A DNA stretch of 64,000 nucleotides from an uncultured Atribacterota bacterium (GTDB taxonomy: Bacteria > Atribacterota > Atribacteria > Atribacterales > Thermatribacteraceae), in NCBI GenBank assembly GCA_964570785.1, contig CAZMZG010000003.1:87-64086 (forward strand), in the 5' to 3' direction. Made by a program: the position numbers and the translations under genes. This document shows positions 1 through 8,463 of the stretch, piece after piece (positions within the stretch are counted from its first letter, which is position 1; each line of letters begins with the position of its first letter). The notes beneath the pieces are model-generated. The model saw only the letters and a program-made list of their open reading frames with translations. It made no database searches and was not told where the DNA came from.

Positions 1-648
1 TCATTGTTCCACCACTTCCACCTTTTTGCAGTGGCTTTCAACTGGACACTCTCCACAGCGGGGGTTGCGAGGAAGGCAGATATTCTGACCAAACAAAACC
101 AAAGTATGGTTTAACTCTTTCCACCATTTTTTAGGAATGACTTTGCGCAGTTCTTTTTCGGTTTCTTCGGGGGTCTTCGTGGAAATCATACTCATGCGGT
201 TGGCAATACGGTGAACGTGAGTGTCCACGGCAATGGCGTCTTTGTCAAAAGAAGTGCTGAGTACCAGGTTGGCTGTTTTCCTTCCCACTCCAGGAAGCTG
301 CAGCAGCTCTTCAAGCGAAGAGGGAACTTTGCCTCCATATTTTCCCAGGAGGATTTTTGAGATTTCCCTCAGAGTTCTGGCTTTCTTGCGGTAAAAGCCC
401 ACCGGATAAATTATTCTACTCAATTCGTCTTCGGAGAGCTTGAGGATAGCTTCTGGTGAGGGAGCGAGCTGAAACAGTTTTTCAGCTGCCTTATGGGTAA
501 CCGCATCCTTGGTACGCTGACTCAAGATACAACCTAACAACACACAGAAAGGGTCTTTTTCTCTGGAGGAGAGGGTATAATCTTGCCACTCCTTCTTTTT
601 ATCCTGTAAAATGGTTAAAATTTTCTCTATTGTGGCAGCATCAAGCAT
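1..648 (-). CDS. nth: Endonuclease III (HhH-GPD DNA glycosylase/AP lyase with [4Fe-4S] loop)
   Basis: 215-aa ORF with its stop at the window edge. Helix-hairpin-helix LPGVGRKTANLVL, DTHVHR region, C-terminal Cx6Cx2Cx5C (CLPRNPRCGECPVESHC). Confidence 0.9.
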   Translation of the reverse strand: MLDAATIEKILTILQDKKKEWQDYTLSSREKDPFCVLLGCILSQRTKDAVTHKAAEKLFQLAPSPEAILKLSEDELSRIIYPVGFYRKKARTLREISKILLGKYGGKVPSSLEELLQLPGVGRKTANLVLSTSFDKDAIAVDTHVHRIANRMSMISTKTPEETEKELRKVIPKKWWKELNHTLVLFGQNICLPRNPRCGECPVESHCKKVEVVEQ

Positions 649-683
649 AAATTTATAATAACGGGGAGGGAGGCTAAAAGCAA

Positions 684-2099
684 GTGAAAGCGCTTGTTCT
701 GGTCTTGTATGTGGTTTGCATGCTGTTTATTGGTTATTACAGCATGCGGAAGACGAAGTCTCTGGATGGTTTTTTTCTCGCCAATCGGAGCCTGGGCCCT
801 TGGGTTTCTGCTTTTGCTTACGGCACAACTTATTTTAGTGCAGTGCTTTTTATAGGTTATGCAGGGCGCATAGGTTGGAACTTTGGTCTTTCCAGCTTGT
901 GGATTGTGGTAGGAAATACCCTGGTAGGTTCTCTGCTCGCCTGGTTACTGCTTGCCAGGAGGACTCGCCAGGTCACTGAAAAAATGAACGTTATGACTAT
1001 GCCCGAGTTTTTGGGTGCCCGCTACGGCGATCCTTACTTGAAAGCTTTTTCGGCCGTCGTAGTTTTTATTTTTTTGGTTCCTTATTCAGCTTCGGTCTAC
1101 ATGGGTTTGAGCTACCTTTTTGATGTGGTAATGGGCATTCCTTATGTTTTCGCTCTGCTTTTAATAGCTGCGCTGACTGGTGTATACCTGGTGATGGGGG
1201 GATATTTTGCAGTTGCATTGACTGATTTGGTTCAGGGAAGCATAATGTTTTTCGGAGCCATATTCATGGTCTTCTACCTTCTGGCTCATCCCCAGGTTGG
1301 TGGTTTGACTGCTGCGGTAGGCAAGTTGCAAAGCATAAACCCTTCTCTGGTGAATCTGATCGGCCCTCCGGGTTTCTGGCCACTTTTTGGACTGGTGGTT
1401 TTGACCAGTCTTGGTCCCTGGGGACTTCCTCAGATGATTCAAAAATTCTATTCTCTAAGAAACGAGAGAATTGTTTTTACAGCTACGGTAGTCAGTACGA
1501 TATTTGCCCTGGTTTGTGCCTTCAGTGCTTATTTTTCTGGTTCGCTTACCCGGCTTTTTTTCGCCAAACTGCCCCAGATGGGTGGTGTGCCCAATGCTGA
1601 TTTGCTTATGCCTAACCTTATCGTGAAAGTCATGCCCCAGGCTTTTACTCTAATTTTCTTGCTGCTCGTTTTTTCTGCTTCTATGTCCACCCTTTCCTCT
1701 CTGGTACTGGTTTCCTCTTCAGCCATCGTGGTGGATCTCTTCCCGAAGCCCTGGAAGAAAAATTCCCTTTTCTGGATGCGTTTTTTGTGTGGTCTGTTTG
1801 TTTTTCTGTCTTTGCTGATTGCTTTTAAAAGGAGTACTTTCATTGTTAACCTGATGTCCATTTCCTGGGGGGCAACGGCAGGAAGTTTTCTAGCACCCTA
1901 TATTTATGGCCTTTACTGGAAGAGGGGTACTCGCCAGGCGGCCTGGGCATCGATGCTCTCTGGTCTAATAATTGCGGTTGGATTTTCCTGGTACTTCGGT
2001 TTTCGCTCTCAACTTGTGCCTCTGGTTGGCTCTCTGGCTATGCTGATACCCTTGGGCGTGTTTCCAGTGGTATCTTTGATTTCAGGAGGTGAGAAGTAA
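684..2099 (+). CDS. Sodium:solute symporter family (SSF) permease, substrate unknown
   Basis: 471-aa very hydrophobic ORF with many TM stretches. GTG start 10 nt after GGGAGGGAGG. SSF-like GPWGLPQMIQKFYS segment. Confidence 0.75.
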   Translation: MKALVLVLYVVCMLFIGYYSMRKTKSLDGFFLANRSLGPWVSAFAYGTTYFSAVLFIGYAGRIGWNFGLSSLWIVVGNTLVGSLLAWLLLARRTRQVTEKMNVMTMPEFLGARYGDPYLKAFSAVVVFIFLVPYSASVYMGLSYLFDVVMGIPYVFALLLIAALTGVYLVMGGYFAVALTDLVQGSIMFFGAIFMVFYLLAHPQVGGLTAAVGKLQSINPSLVNLIGPPGFWPLFGLVVLTSLGPWGLPQMIQKFYSLRNERIVFTATVVSTIFALVCAFSAYFSGSLTRLFFAKLPQMGGVPNADLLMPNLIVKVMPQAFTLIFLLLVFSASMSTLSSLVLVSSSAIVVDLFPKPWKKNSLFWMRFLCGLFVFLSLLIAFKRSTFIVNLMSISWGATAGSFLAPYIYGLYWKRGTRQAAWASMLSGLIIAVGFSWYFGFRSQLVPLVGSLAMLIPLGVFPVVSLISGGEK

Positions 2100-2100
2100 G

Positions 2101-3114
2101 GTGTTAGCCTGTGTTTTCAAAGCCAAGAACAGCTGGGTTGTTGAAGAAGTAGCAGAACCTGAGTGTGCACCTGATGAAGTAATAGTGAGAGTAAAAGCGT
2201 GTGGAATCTGCGGTACGGATTTACATATTTTACAGGCTGAATATTTTTCGGATTTTCCTATTATTGCGGGACATGAGTTTTCAGGAGTTGTGGAACAAGT
2301 TGGAGAAAAGGTGACCCAGTTTAAGCCGGGTGATTGGGTTACCGCGGACCCCAATATTTTTTGTGACCGGTGCTACTACTGTAAGATTAACAAAAACAAT
2401 CACTGCCTCAACCTTCAGGCAGTAGGAGTAACCAGGAACGGTGCCTTTGCAGAGCTGGTCGCTGTTCCAGAGAAATGTCTTTTCCATATTCCTGAAGGGT
2501 TAAGCTTTCAAGAGGCGGCTATGGCTGAGCCTCTTGCCTGTGTAATTTATGGAATTCAAAGGAGTAATATCCGCCCCGGAGAAAAAGTGCTCATTTTCGG
2601 TGCAGGTCCCATAGGGCTTTTGCTGCTTTGTGCTTTTCAGAAAAGTGGCGCTTCTCTGGTCACGATGGTTGACATTAGCGAAAAGAAACTTAACCTGGCC
2701 CAGGAGCTTGGAGCCTGTGCGGTGGTGCTTGCAGATGGTTCTGAAGGTTCCAAACTGCGCAAGATCGCTCCTCTGGGTTTTGAAGTGGTGGTCGATGCTA
2801 CGGGCATACCTGCAGTGCAGGAAAAAGCCCTGCACTTTGTTCAACCCGACGGTACCTACCTGCTGTTTGGGGTAGCGCCTCGGGGAGCCACGATGAGAGT
2901 AGAACCCTACACCATCTTCAGAAACGATTTGCATATTGTTGGTTCTTTTGCGGTCAAAAAAACCATGCAGTATTCACTTAACTTGCTGGCAAGTGGTGCC
3001 ATCCCCGCGAACAGGTTGATTTCAGCTTCCTTTGTGCTGAAAGATTTTGGTTTGGCTCTTTCCGAGGTTTTGAATAATCCCGATCATCTCAAGGTGCAGA
3101 TCGTTTTTCCTTGA
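2101..3114 (+). CDS. Zn-dependent medium-chain alcohol/polyol dehydrogenase (threonine/sorbitol dehydrogenase-like)
   Basis: CGICGTDLH and GHEFSGVV catalytic-Zn motifs, structural-Zn Cys4 (CDRCYYCKINKNNHC), Rossmann GAGPIGLL. I prefer GTG 2101 (AGGAGG at 2084-2089) over the ORF-track GTG 2089. Confidence 0.85.
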   Translation: MLACVFKAKNSWVVEEVAEPECAPDEVIVRVKACGICGTDLHILQAEYFSDFPIIAGHEFSGVVEQVGEKVTQFKPGDWVTADPNIFCDRCYYCKINKNNHCLNLQAVGVTRNGAFAELVAVPEKCLFHIPEGLSFQEAAMAEPLACVIYGIQRSNIRPGEKVLIFGAGPIGLLLLCAFQKSGASLVTMVDISEKKLNLAQELGACAVVLADGSEGSKLRKIAPLGFEVVVDATGIPAVQEKALHFVQPDGTYLLFGVAPRGATMRVEPYTIFRNDLHIVGSFAVKKTMQYSLNLLASGAIPANRLISASFVLKDFGLALSEVLNNPDHLKVQIVFP

Positions 3115-3126
3115 TAATTTTGCAAC

Positions 3127-4128
3127 ATGCCAGAGGTGCTGAACTTCCAGTGGCACTTTACGAATCGCTGTAATCTACGCTGCAGGCATTGTTATCAGGA
3201 CGTTTTTCTGGATACTTCTTCTGTCGATCCGGTTTCGGTTGGGGGAAGGCTCCTTGATGACCTTGCCCGACATAACCTAAAGGCTACTTTTGCGCTTACT
3301 GGGGGAGAACCACTCCTGGTGTGCGATAAGCTTTTCGCAATCCTTGAACTCTTGGAAACCCACCCTTCGGCGGCAGGGGTCAACATCATCACCAATGCTA
3401 CTCTTTTCAATGAAAAATTACTTGATGAGTTTTCCCGCTTTAAAAAGTTGACCTCCTTTAAGGTTTCTTTGGAAGGGGCAGGTCCGAAAAGCAACGATTT
3501 TATCCGTGGTAGAGGTAACTTCGAGAGGGTTGTTGAAAGCCTGAAGATGGTTTGTGTTCGGGGACGGTTTGAGATATATGTCATGTATACCCTGCATCGT
3601 GGCAACTTTCTGGAATGGCAGGCTCTCTTTCCTTTATTGGATGAATTAGGGGTTACGGGTCTAATTTTAGAGCGTTTTATCCCAGAGGGGAAAGGTGAGC
3701 TAATGAGAGAACTGGTCCTTGATAAGTCGATGTGGAGAGAACTGCTTCAAACACTTGTTTCTTTTTGTCGGCTGGGCGAGGTGGATCCCGCGCAACTTTC
3801 GCCCTACAAGGCCTTTATGATCTTTGTGAAAGAGCGTTTGCTTTTCGGGGCCTTGTGTGAGCTGGGAAGCTCTTTCTGCATCATGCCTGACTCTGCTCTT
3901 TTTCCATGCCGCCGCTTACCTTTGCCCCTTGGTTATCTGGACAGAGAAGATTTTATAGATATCCTGGAAGGCAGTGCTTTACTTTCCAGCCTTAGGGATA
4001 AGTCAAAAATGGGTGGTAAGTGCAGGGGTTGCTCTTTCGACTTTTGTGTGGGTTGTCGCGCTCTTGCCTATGCGCTTTTTGGTGACCCTCTTGCAGAAGA
4101 TATCCAGTGTTTTCTGGATGCTTCCTGA
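3127..4128 (+). CDS. Radical SAM enzyme with C-terminal SPASM/twitch-like auxiliary Cys cluster
   Basis: CxxxCxxC near the N-terminus (NRCNLRCRHCY). C-terminal Cys-rich region (CELGSSFCIMPDSALFPC ... CRGCSFDFCVGC). Confidence 0.8.
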   Translation: MPEVLNFQWHFTNRCNLRCRHCYQDVFLDTSSVDPVSVGGRLLDDLARHNLKATFALTGGEPLLVCDKLFAILELLETHPSAAGVNIITNATLFNEKLLDEFSRFKKLTSFKVSLEGAGPKSNDFIRGRGNFERVVESLKMVCVRGRFEIYVMYTLHRGNFLEWQALFPLLDELGVTGLILERFIPEGKGELMRELVLDKSMWRELLQTLVSFCRLGEVDPAQLSPYKAFMIFVKERLLFGALCELGSSFCIMPDSALFPCRRLPLPLGYLDREDFIDILEGSALLSSLRDKSKMGGKCRGCSFDFCVGCRALAYALFGDPLAEDIQCFLDAS

Positions 4129-4133
4129 GTTGC

Positions 4134-5117
4134 TCAATGAGTGTGGATTTCCACCACATCTCCGTCTTCGAGCTGGTAATCGATGGGGACGTATTGACCT
4201 TCAAATTTGGCTGAGCCCCATACTCTCGCCCCTCGAGTGGAGCTGGCAACTTCTTTATGAATAAGTTCGGCAAGGTCCATCACAGTTTGTCCTCTGAGAA
4301 GTACAAAAGGGCGAGACATATCCGGTGGTCGGTTGGGTGGTTTGCTATACACCCTGATGATTCCTGCAATTTCAAAGATGCGTCTTTTAAGCTTTCTTTT
4401 CTTCTTTTCATCAATGTTCTTGAGGGATATTCCCCAAACCGGAAATTCTTCTCTCCATAACTCTTCAATTAGGGAGAGAGTTTCCTGGTCTTCCGGGCTT
4501 TCTACCTTGTTGCAGAGGAGTAGCGTTTGCAGATTATGCCATCCCGGTACTTCTTTACCAAGAGAAATGTGGTGTTTTTCCAATTTATTTCGAACGTTTT
4601 CTATTTCCTCGAGTAAGGTGGTGCTTTTTATGTCCACAACGAGTATGCAAGCACGCACCCGGTGCAGGGCTGAGGCAAAGTTGCCTTCTAACTCTTTTTC
4701 AGAGATAGGAGGAAAATCGATAAGCTGAATCTGGATATTTTCGTAGCCCATCATTCCTGGCAGGGGTCGATAGGTGGTAAAGGGATAATCTGCAATTTGA
4801 GGAGAAGCGTTGGTCAGAGTTGCAAGAAGGGTGGATTTTCCACTATTAGGCGGGCCAATTATGGCTATCTGAGTGGCTCCTGCTTTCTCAATATAAAAGG
4901 GGTTAAAAGTGCTCCCTTTCCTGAGTTTTTCTCTCTGGAGGCCTTTTCGCAAGCGGGAAATCTTTTGTTTAATCTCTGCCTGCAGTTTTTCAGTGCCTTT
5001 GTGTTTGGGTATTGTGCGAAGCATTTCTTCGAGAGCTTGGAGCTTCTCGGCTTCGCTTTTAGCCTCTCGATATTTTCTTTCCACTTCGAAATACTGAGGG
5101 GGTAAATTGGCAGGCAT
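4134..5117 (-). CDS. DRG/Rbg-type (Obg-superfamily) GTPase with C-terminal TGS domain
   Basis: N-terminal helical segment typical of DRG (KHKGTEKLQAEIKQKISRLRK). G1 GPPNSGKS, G2 YPFTT. C-terminal TGS-like IRVYSKPP...DGDVVEI. SD AAGAGG 8 nt upstream of the ATG. Confidence 0.75.
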   Translation of the reverse strand: MPANLPPQYFEVERKYREAKSEAEKLQALEEMLRTIPKHKGTEKLQAEIKQKISRLRKGLQREKLRKGSTFNPFYIEKAGATQIAIIGPPNSGKSTLLATLTNASPQIADYPFTTYRPLPGMMGYENIQIQLIDFPPISEKELEGNFASALHRVRACILVVDIKSTTLLEEIENVRNKLEKHHISLGKEVPGWHNLQTLLLCNKVESPEDQETLSLIEELWREEFPVWGISLKNIDEKKKRKLKRRIFEIAGIIRVYSKPPNRPPDMSRPFVLLRGQTVMDLAELIHKEVASSTRGARVWGSAKFEGQYVPIDYQLEDGDVVEIHTH

Positions 5118-5278
5118 TTCCTAAACCTCTTTAAATTTCTCGTTTTTCAGGTTTAGAATACTAAATAAAATCAATGCCCACTTGACGCTTCAGAAATATA
5201 CAGCTAACATTAACATAAACGGGCTATTTTATTCTACCATGCTTTTTCTTATTTTTGAACAGAGGGCTATTATAGGTA

Positions 5279-6097
5279 GTGGGGGATGCGATGCGTATTG
5301 TTGCTGTGGCTAACCAGAAGGGAGGGGTGGCGAAGACCACAACCACCATCAACCTTGGCGCTTCTTTAGCTTATCATGCTCGTAAAGTTTTAATCATTGA
5401 TATGGACCCTCAGGCCCACTCCACGCTGGGTTTAGGCTTTGAACCCAACGAGTTTGAGAAAACCATCCTGAACGTGCTGGAACCCCCGCGCAGTCCTTAT
5501 AAGCTTCCCTTACGCGAGGTCATTGTTCCCACCAGGACTACCAATCTTTATCTTGTCCCTGCCAATATTGACCTTGCGGGTGCAGAATATCGATTGATTG
5601 ACAAGCTGGGAAGGGAGGATTTTCTTAACTCCAGTATCCAGAAGAGTAGCCTCGACTTCGACTACATCCTTATTGATTGCCCTCCGTCCCTGGGGATACT
5701 CACCATTAACGCTTTGAAAGCGGCCCGTGAGGTCATCGTTACCATACAGCCTCACTACTTTGCTTTGCGGGGCATTGAAGAGTTTATGGAAACTATTGAC
5801 CTGATGCGCGAGAACTTGAGGCACGAGCCAGAAGTGTTTGTGCTTATAACCATCGCTGATGTGAGAACCAATCTCTACAAGGAAGTGATAGGGGAGATTA
5901 AAAGGTATTTTGGTGATCGGATGTTTAAGACCGTCATCCATAAAAACATCGCCCTTGCTGAAGCTACCAGCCATGGCATGCCAGTTATTGAATATGAGCC
6001 TACCTCAAGTGGTGCTCAAAACTATTTATCTCTGGCAAAGGAGGTGATTCGCTTTGAAAAAGAAAAGCCTAAAGCGCGGCTTCTCAGAAAGAATTGA
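5279..6097 (+). CDS. ParA/Soj-family deviant Walker-A ATPase (no parB seen nearby)
   Basis: NQKGGVAKTTTTINL deviant Walker A, DMDPQ, IDCPPSLG. The start may be ATG 5291 rather than GTG 5279. Confidence 0.9.
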   Translation: MGDAMRIVAVANQKGGVAKTTTTINLGASLAYHARKVLIIDMDPQAHSTLGLGFEPNEFEKTILNVLEPPRSPYKLPLREVIVPTRTTNLYLVPANIDLAGAEYRLIDKLGREDFLNSSIQKSSLDFDYILIDCPPSLGILTINALKAAREVIVTIQPHYFALRGIEEFMETIDLMRENLRHEPEVFVLITIADVRTNLYKEVIGEIKRYFGDRMFKTVIHKNIALAEATSHGMPVIEYEPTSSGAQNYLSLAKEVIRFEKEKPKARLLRKN

Positions 6098-7367
6098 TTT
6101 TAAGAGAGAGCTCATTAGAGACACAACACGTGGCTTTAATCCGGAAGAGGCAGTGCAGGAAGAAACTCCGTCGGCACCTAAAAAGTCGACGCCCAGAAAA
6201 GCTTCTTCTCGCACTAAAAAGAAGGAGACTTCAGAAAAAATAGCTACCATCAAGGTGATTGGTGTTGGAGGAGGGGGAACTAACGCTATAAACCAGATGA
6301 TAGAAGCGGGAATAGAAAATGTTGATCTGATAGTTATTAACACGGATATTCAGTCTTTACAGTGCTCTCTGGCGCCCCAAAAAATTCAAATTGGAGCTTC
6401 GCTAACCAGAGGTTTGGGAACCGGTGGAAATCCCAAACTGGGAGAGGACGCCGCCCGGATGGACAAGGAAAGAATTGCTCGGCTTGTGGAGGGAGCGGAC
6501 CTGGTTTTTATAACTGCCTGTATGGGAGGAGGCACGGGTACTGGTGCTTCTCCGGTGATAGCGGAACTGGCCCGTGAGGTTGGAGCCCTAACTGTAGGAG
6601 TAGTGACTAAGCCCTTTGGTTTTGAGGGAGCACGTCGGGCGAGACAGGCAGCAGAGGGTATTGAAAATTTGCGCAAAGTGGTGGATGCGCTTATCGTCAT
6701 TCCCAATGATCGCCTGATGGAGATAGCCGATCGAGATACTTCATTGGGAGAAGCTTTCAAAAAGGCCGATTTTGTTCTCTACCAGGCGGTAAGAGGCATA
6801 GCTGATCTCATTACTTCGCCTCAGGATATAAACTTGGATCTCGCTGATTTGCGGACAGTACTTACTGGAGCGGGGACGGTTCTTATCGGCATTGGTCATG
6901 GTCGAGGCAAAGATAAAGCCAAGCAGGCTGCGGAAATGGCTATTTCCAGTCCTTTGCTGGAAGTTTCCATCAAAGGCGCTCGTTCTATCCTTTTGAGCAT
7001 TACTGGCGGTCCGGATACAGGTATTCATGAGGTCAAGCAAATCGTTGATGTTATCAATAAGGCTGCAGGTACCGAAACGGACCTTCTTTTTGGTAACAAA
7101 ATAGATCCTGAGTTGAGCAACGAAATACTGGTAACACTGGTAGCAACTCGCTTTGAGTCTTCCCCTGAGAAGGAATCGGAAGAGATTCCTCCCCTGGTCG
7201 AGAAAATAGCAGTTGATGCTCTGGAAAGCGATATTGATGATAAGCTCATCATTGAGGATGATCTTGATATCCCTGCTTTCTTAAGAGAAGAGCAGAAAAA
7301 AGATTCAGAAGGAAAAAGCCGGCTGGACGAAGTGCTGGGGATTTTTAAGAGATCGAGGAAGGAGTGA
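6054..7367 (+). CDS. ftsZ: Cell-division GTPase FtsZ with N-terminal basic extension and long post-CTP tail
   Basis: GVGGGGTNAIN and GGGTGTGASPVIA tubulin signatures; C-terminal DIPAFLR peptide. TTG start 9 nt after AAGGAGG, lying inside the parA 3' end. Confidence 0.95.
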   Translation: MKKKSLKRGFSERIDFKRELIRDTTRGFNPEEAVQEETPSAPKKSTPRKASSRTKKKETSEKIATIKVIGVGGGGTNAINQMIEAGIENVDLIVINTDIQSLQCSLAPQKIQIGASLTRGLGTGGNPKLGEDAARMDKERIARLVEGADLVFITACMGGGTGTGASPVIAELAREVGALTVGVVTKPFGFEGARRARQAAEGIENLRKVVDALIVIPNDRLMEIADRDTSLGEAFKKADFVLYQAVRGIADLITSPQDINLDLADLRTVLTGAGTVLIGIGHGRGKDKAKQAAEMAISSPLLEVSIKGARSILLSITGGPDTGIHEVKQIVDVINKAAGTETDLLFGNKIDPELSNEILVTLVATRFESSPEKESEEIPPLVEKIAVDALESDIDDKLIIEDDLDIPAFLREEQKKDSEGKSRLDEVLGIFKRSRKE

Positions 7368-7373
7368 CCGAAC

Positions 7374-8462
7374 ATGACTTTTCTTTTTGGTAAAGAGTTA
7401 ACCAGGGAAGAGATATTGAAGAGAGTGGGTGATATTTCTCAGATTGGAGGGGTAAGATTAGCCTGTCTTGCCGATGGGGCGGAACGAGGAGTACGCATAG
7501 CAGAAGTAAACACCGGAGGAGGGCTTTATTACACCGTTTTACTGGATCGGGGCATGGACATTGCCTGGACTTCTTATAAGGGAATAAGCATAGCCTGGCG
7601 CTCGGCGACTGGTAATCTTTCGCCTTTTTTCTTTGAACCAGAAGGCCTGGGATGGTTGCGCGGTTTCCATGGGGGGTTGATGAACACCTGCGGTCTTACC
7701 TATCATGGAGCTCCCTGCAAAGATAAGAGCACTCATCCCTTTCTCGAAGAGGAAGAGCTGGGTCTTCACGGAAGGGCTTCCTTTACTCCTGCAAGTTGTG
7801 TTTGGGTTGATGGAGAATGGCAAGGAGACCAGTATATTTTCTGGGTTCAGGGCAAAGTTCGTGAAGCCATTGTATTTGGTGACAAACTGGTTCTGTACCG
7901 CAAAATCTGGGGTCGTTTGGGAGAAAACATTATTTACATCGAGGATAGAGTGCGCAACGAAGGTTCTCAGGAAAGTCCTTTCATGATTCTGTACCATGTT
8001 AATGTTGGCTACCCAGTTCTTGACGAAGGTAGTCGTTTGCTTTTACCAGTTACCAAAACTGTTCCCCGGGACAAGCATGCTGAAGAAGGCAAGGAAAACT
8101 GGGATGCTTTTGCGGCTCCCCAGAAAGGTTACTTTGAAAAAGTGTATTTGCACTATCCAAAAATCCTCGAAGATGGCAAATCTGCTTCTTTACTTTTAAA
8201 CGAGAAAATGCAACTTGGGGTTTACCTCAAGTTTGATGTTGAAGCTTTGCCCTACTTTACGGAGTGGAAGATGCTGGGTGAGGGAGAATACGTTCTGGGT
8301 ATGGAACCTGGAAATGCCTTTCCGCTGGGGAGGAGTAAAGAACGCGTTGAGGGAAGGCTCCGGTTTTTGAAGCCTGGCGAGGAACAGCGCATTACTCTTG
8401 AGATAGGTATTCTTGATGCTACGGACCAGATAAGGGAGTTTCGCAAGTACCTGGGGATTTAA
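7374..8462 (+). CDS. Aldose 1-epimerase-like (DUF4432-type) protein
   Basis: 362-aa ORF 6 nt after ftsZ. Resembles the galactose-mutarotase-like DUF4432 family (LYHVNVGYP, GLHGR segments). Assignment from memory of the family. Confidence 0.6.
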   Translation: MTFLFGKELTREEILKRVGDISQIGGVRLACLADGAERGVRIAEVNTGGGLYYTVLLDRGMDIAWTSYKGISIAWRSATGNLSPFFFEPEGLGWLRGFHGGLMNTCGLTYHGAPCKDKSTHPFLEEEELGLHGRASFTPASCVWVDGEWQGDQYIFWVQGKVREAIVFGDKLVLYRKIWGRLGENIIYIEDRVRNEGSQESPFMILYHVNVGYPVLDEGSRLLLPVTKTVPRDKHAEEGKENWDAFAAPQKGYFEKVYLHYPKILEDGKSASLLLNEKMQLGVYLKFDVEALPYFTEWKMLGEGEYVLGMEPGNAFPLGRSKERVEGRLRFLKPGEEQRITLEIGILDATDQIREFRKYLGI

Positions 8463-8463
8463 C

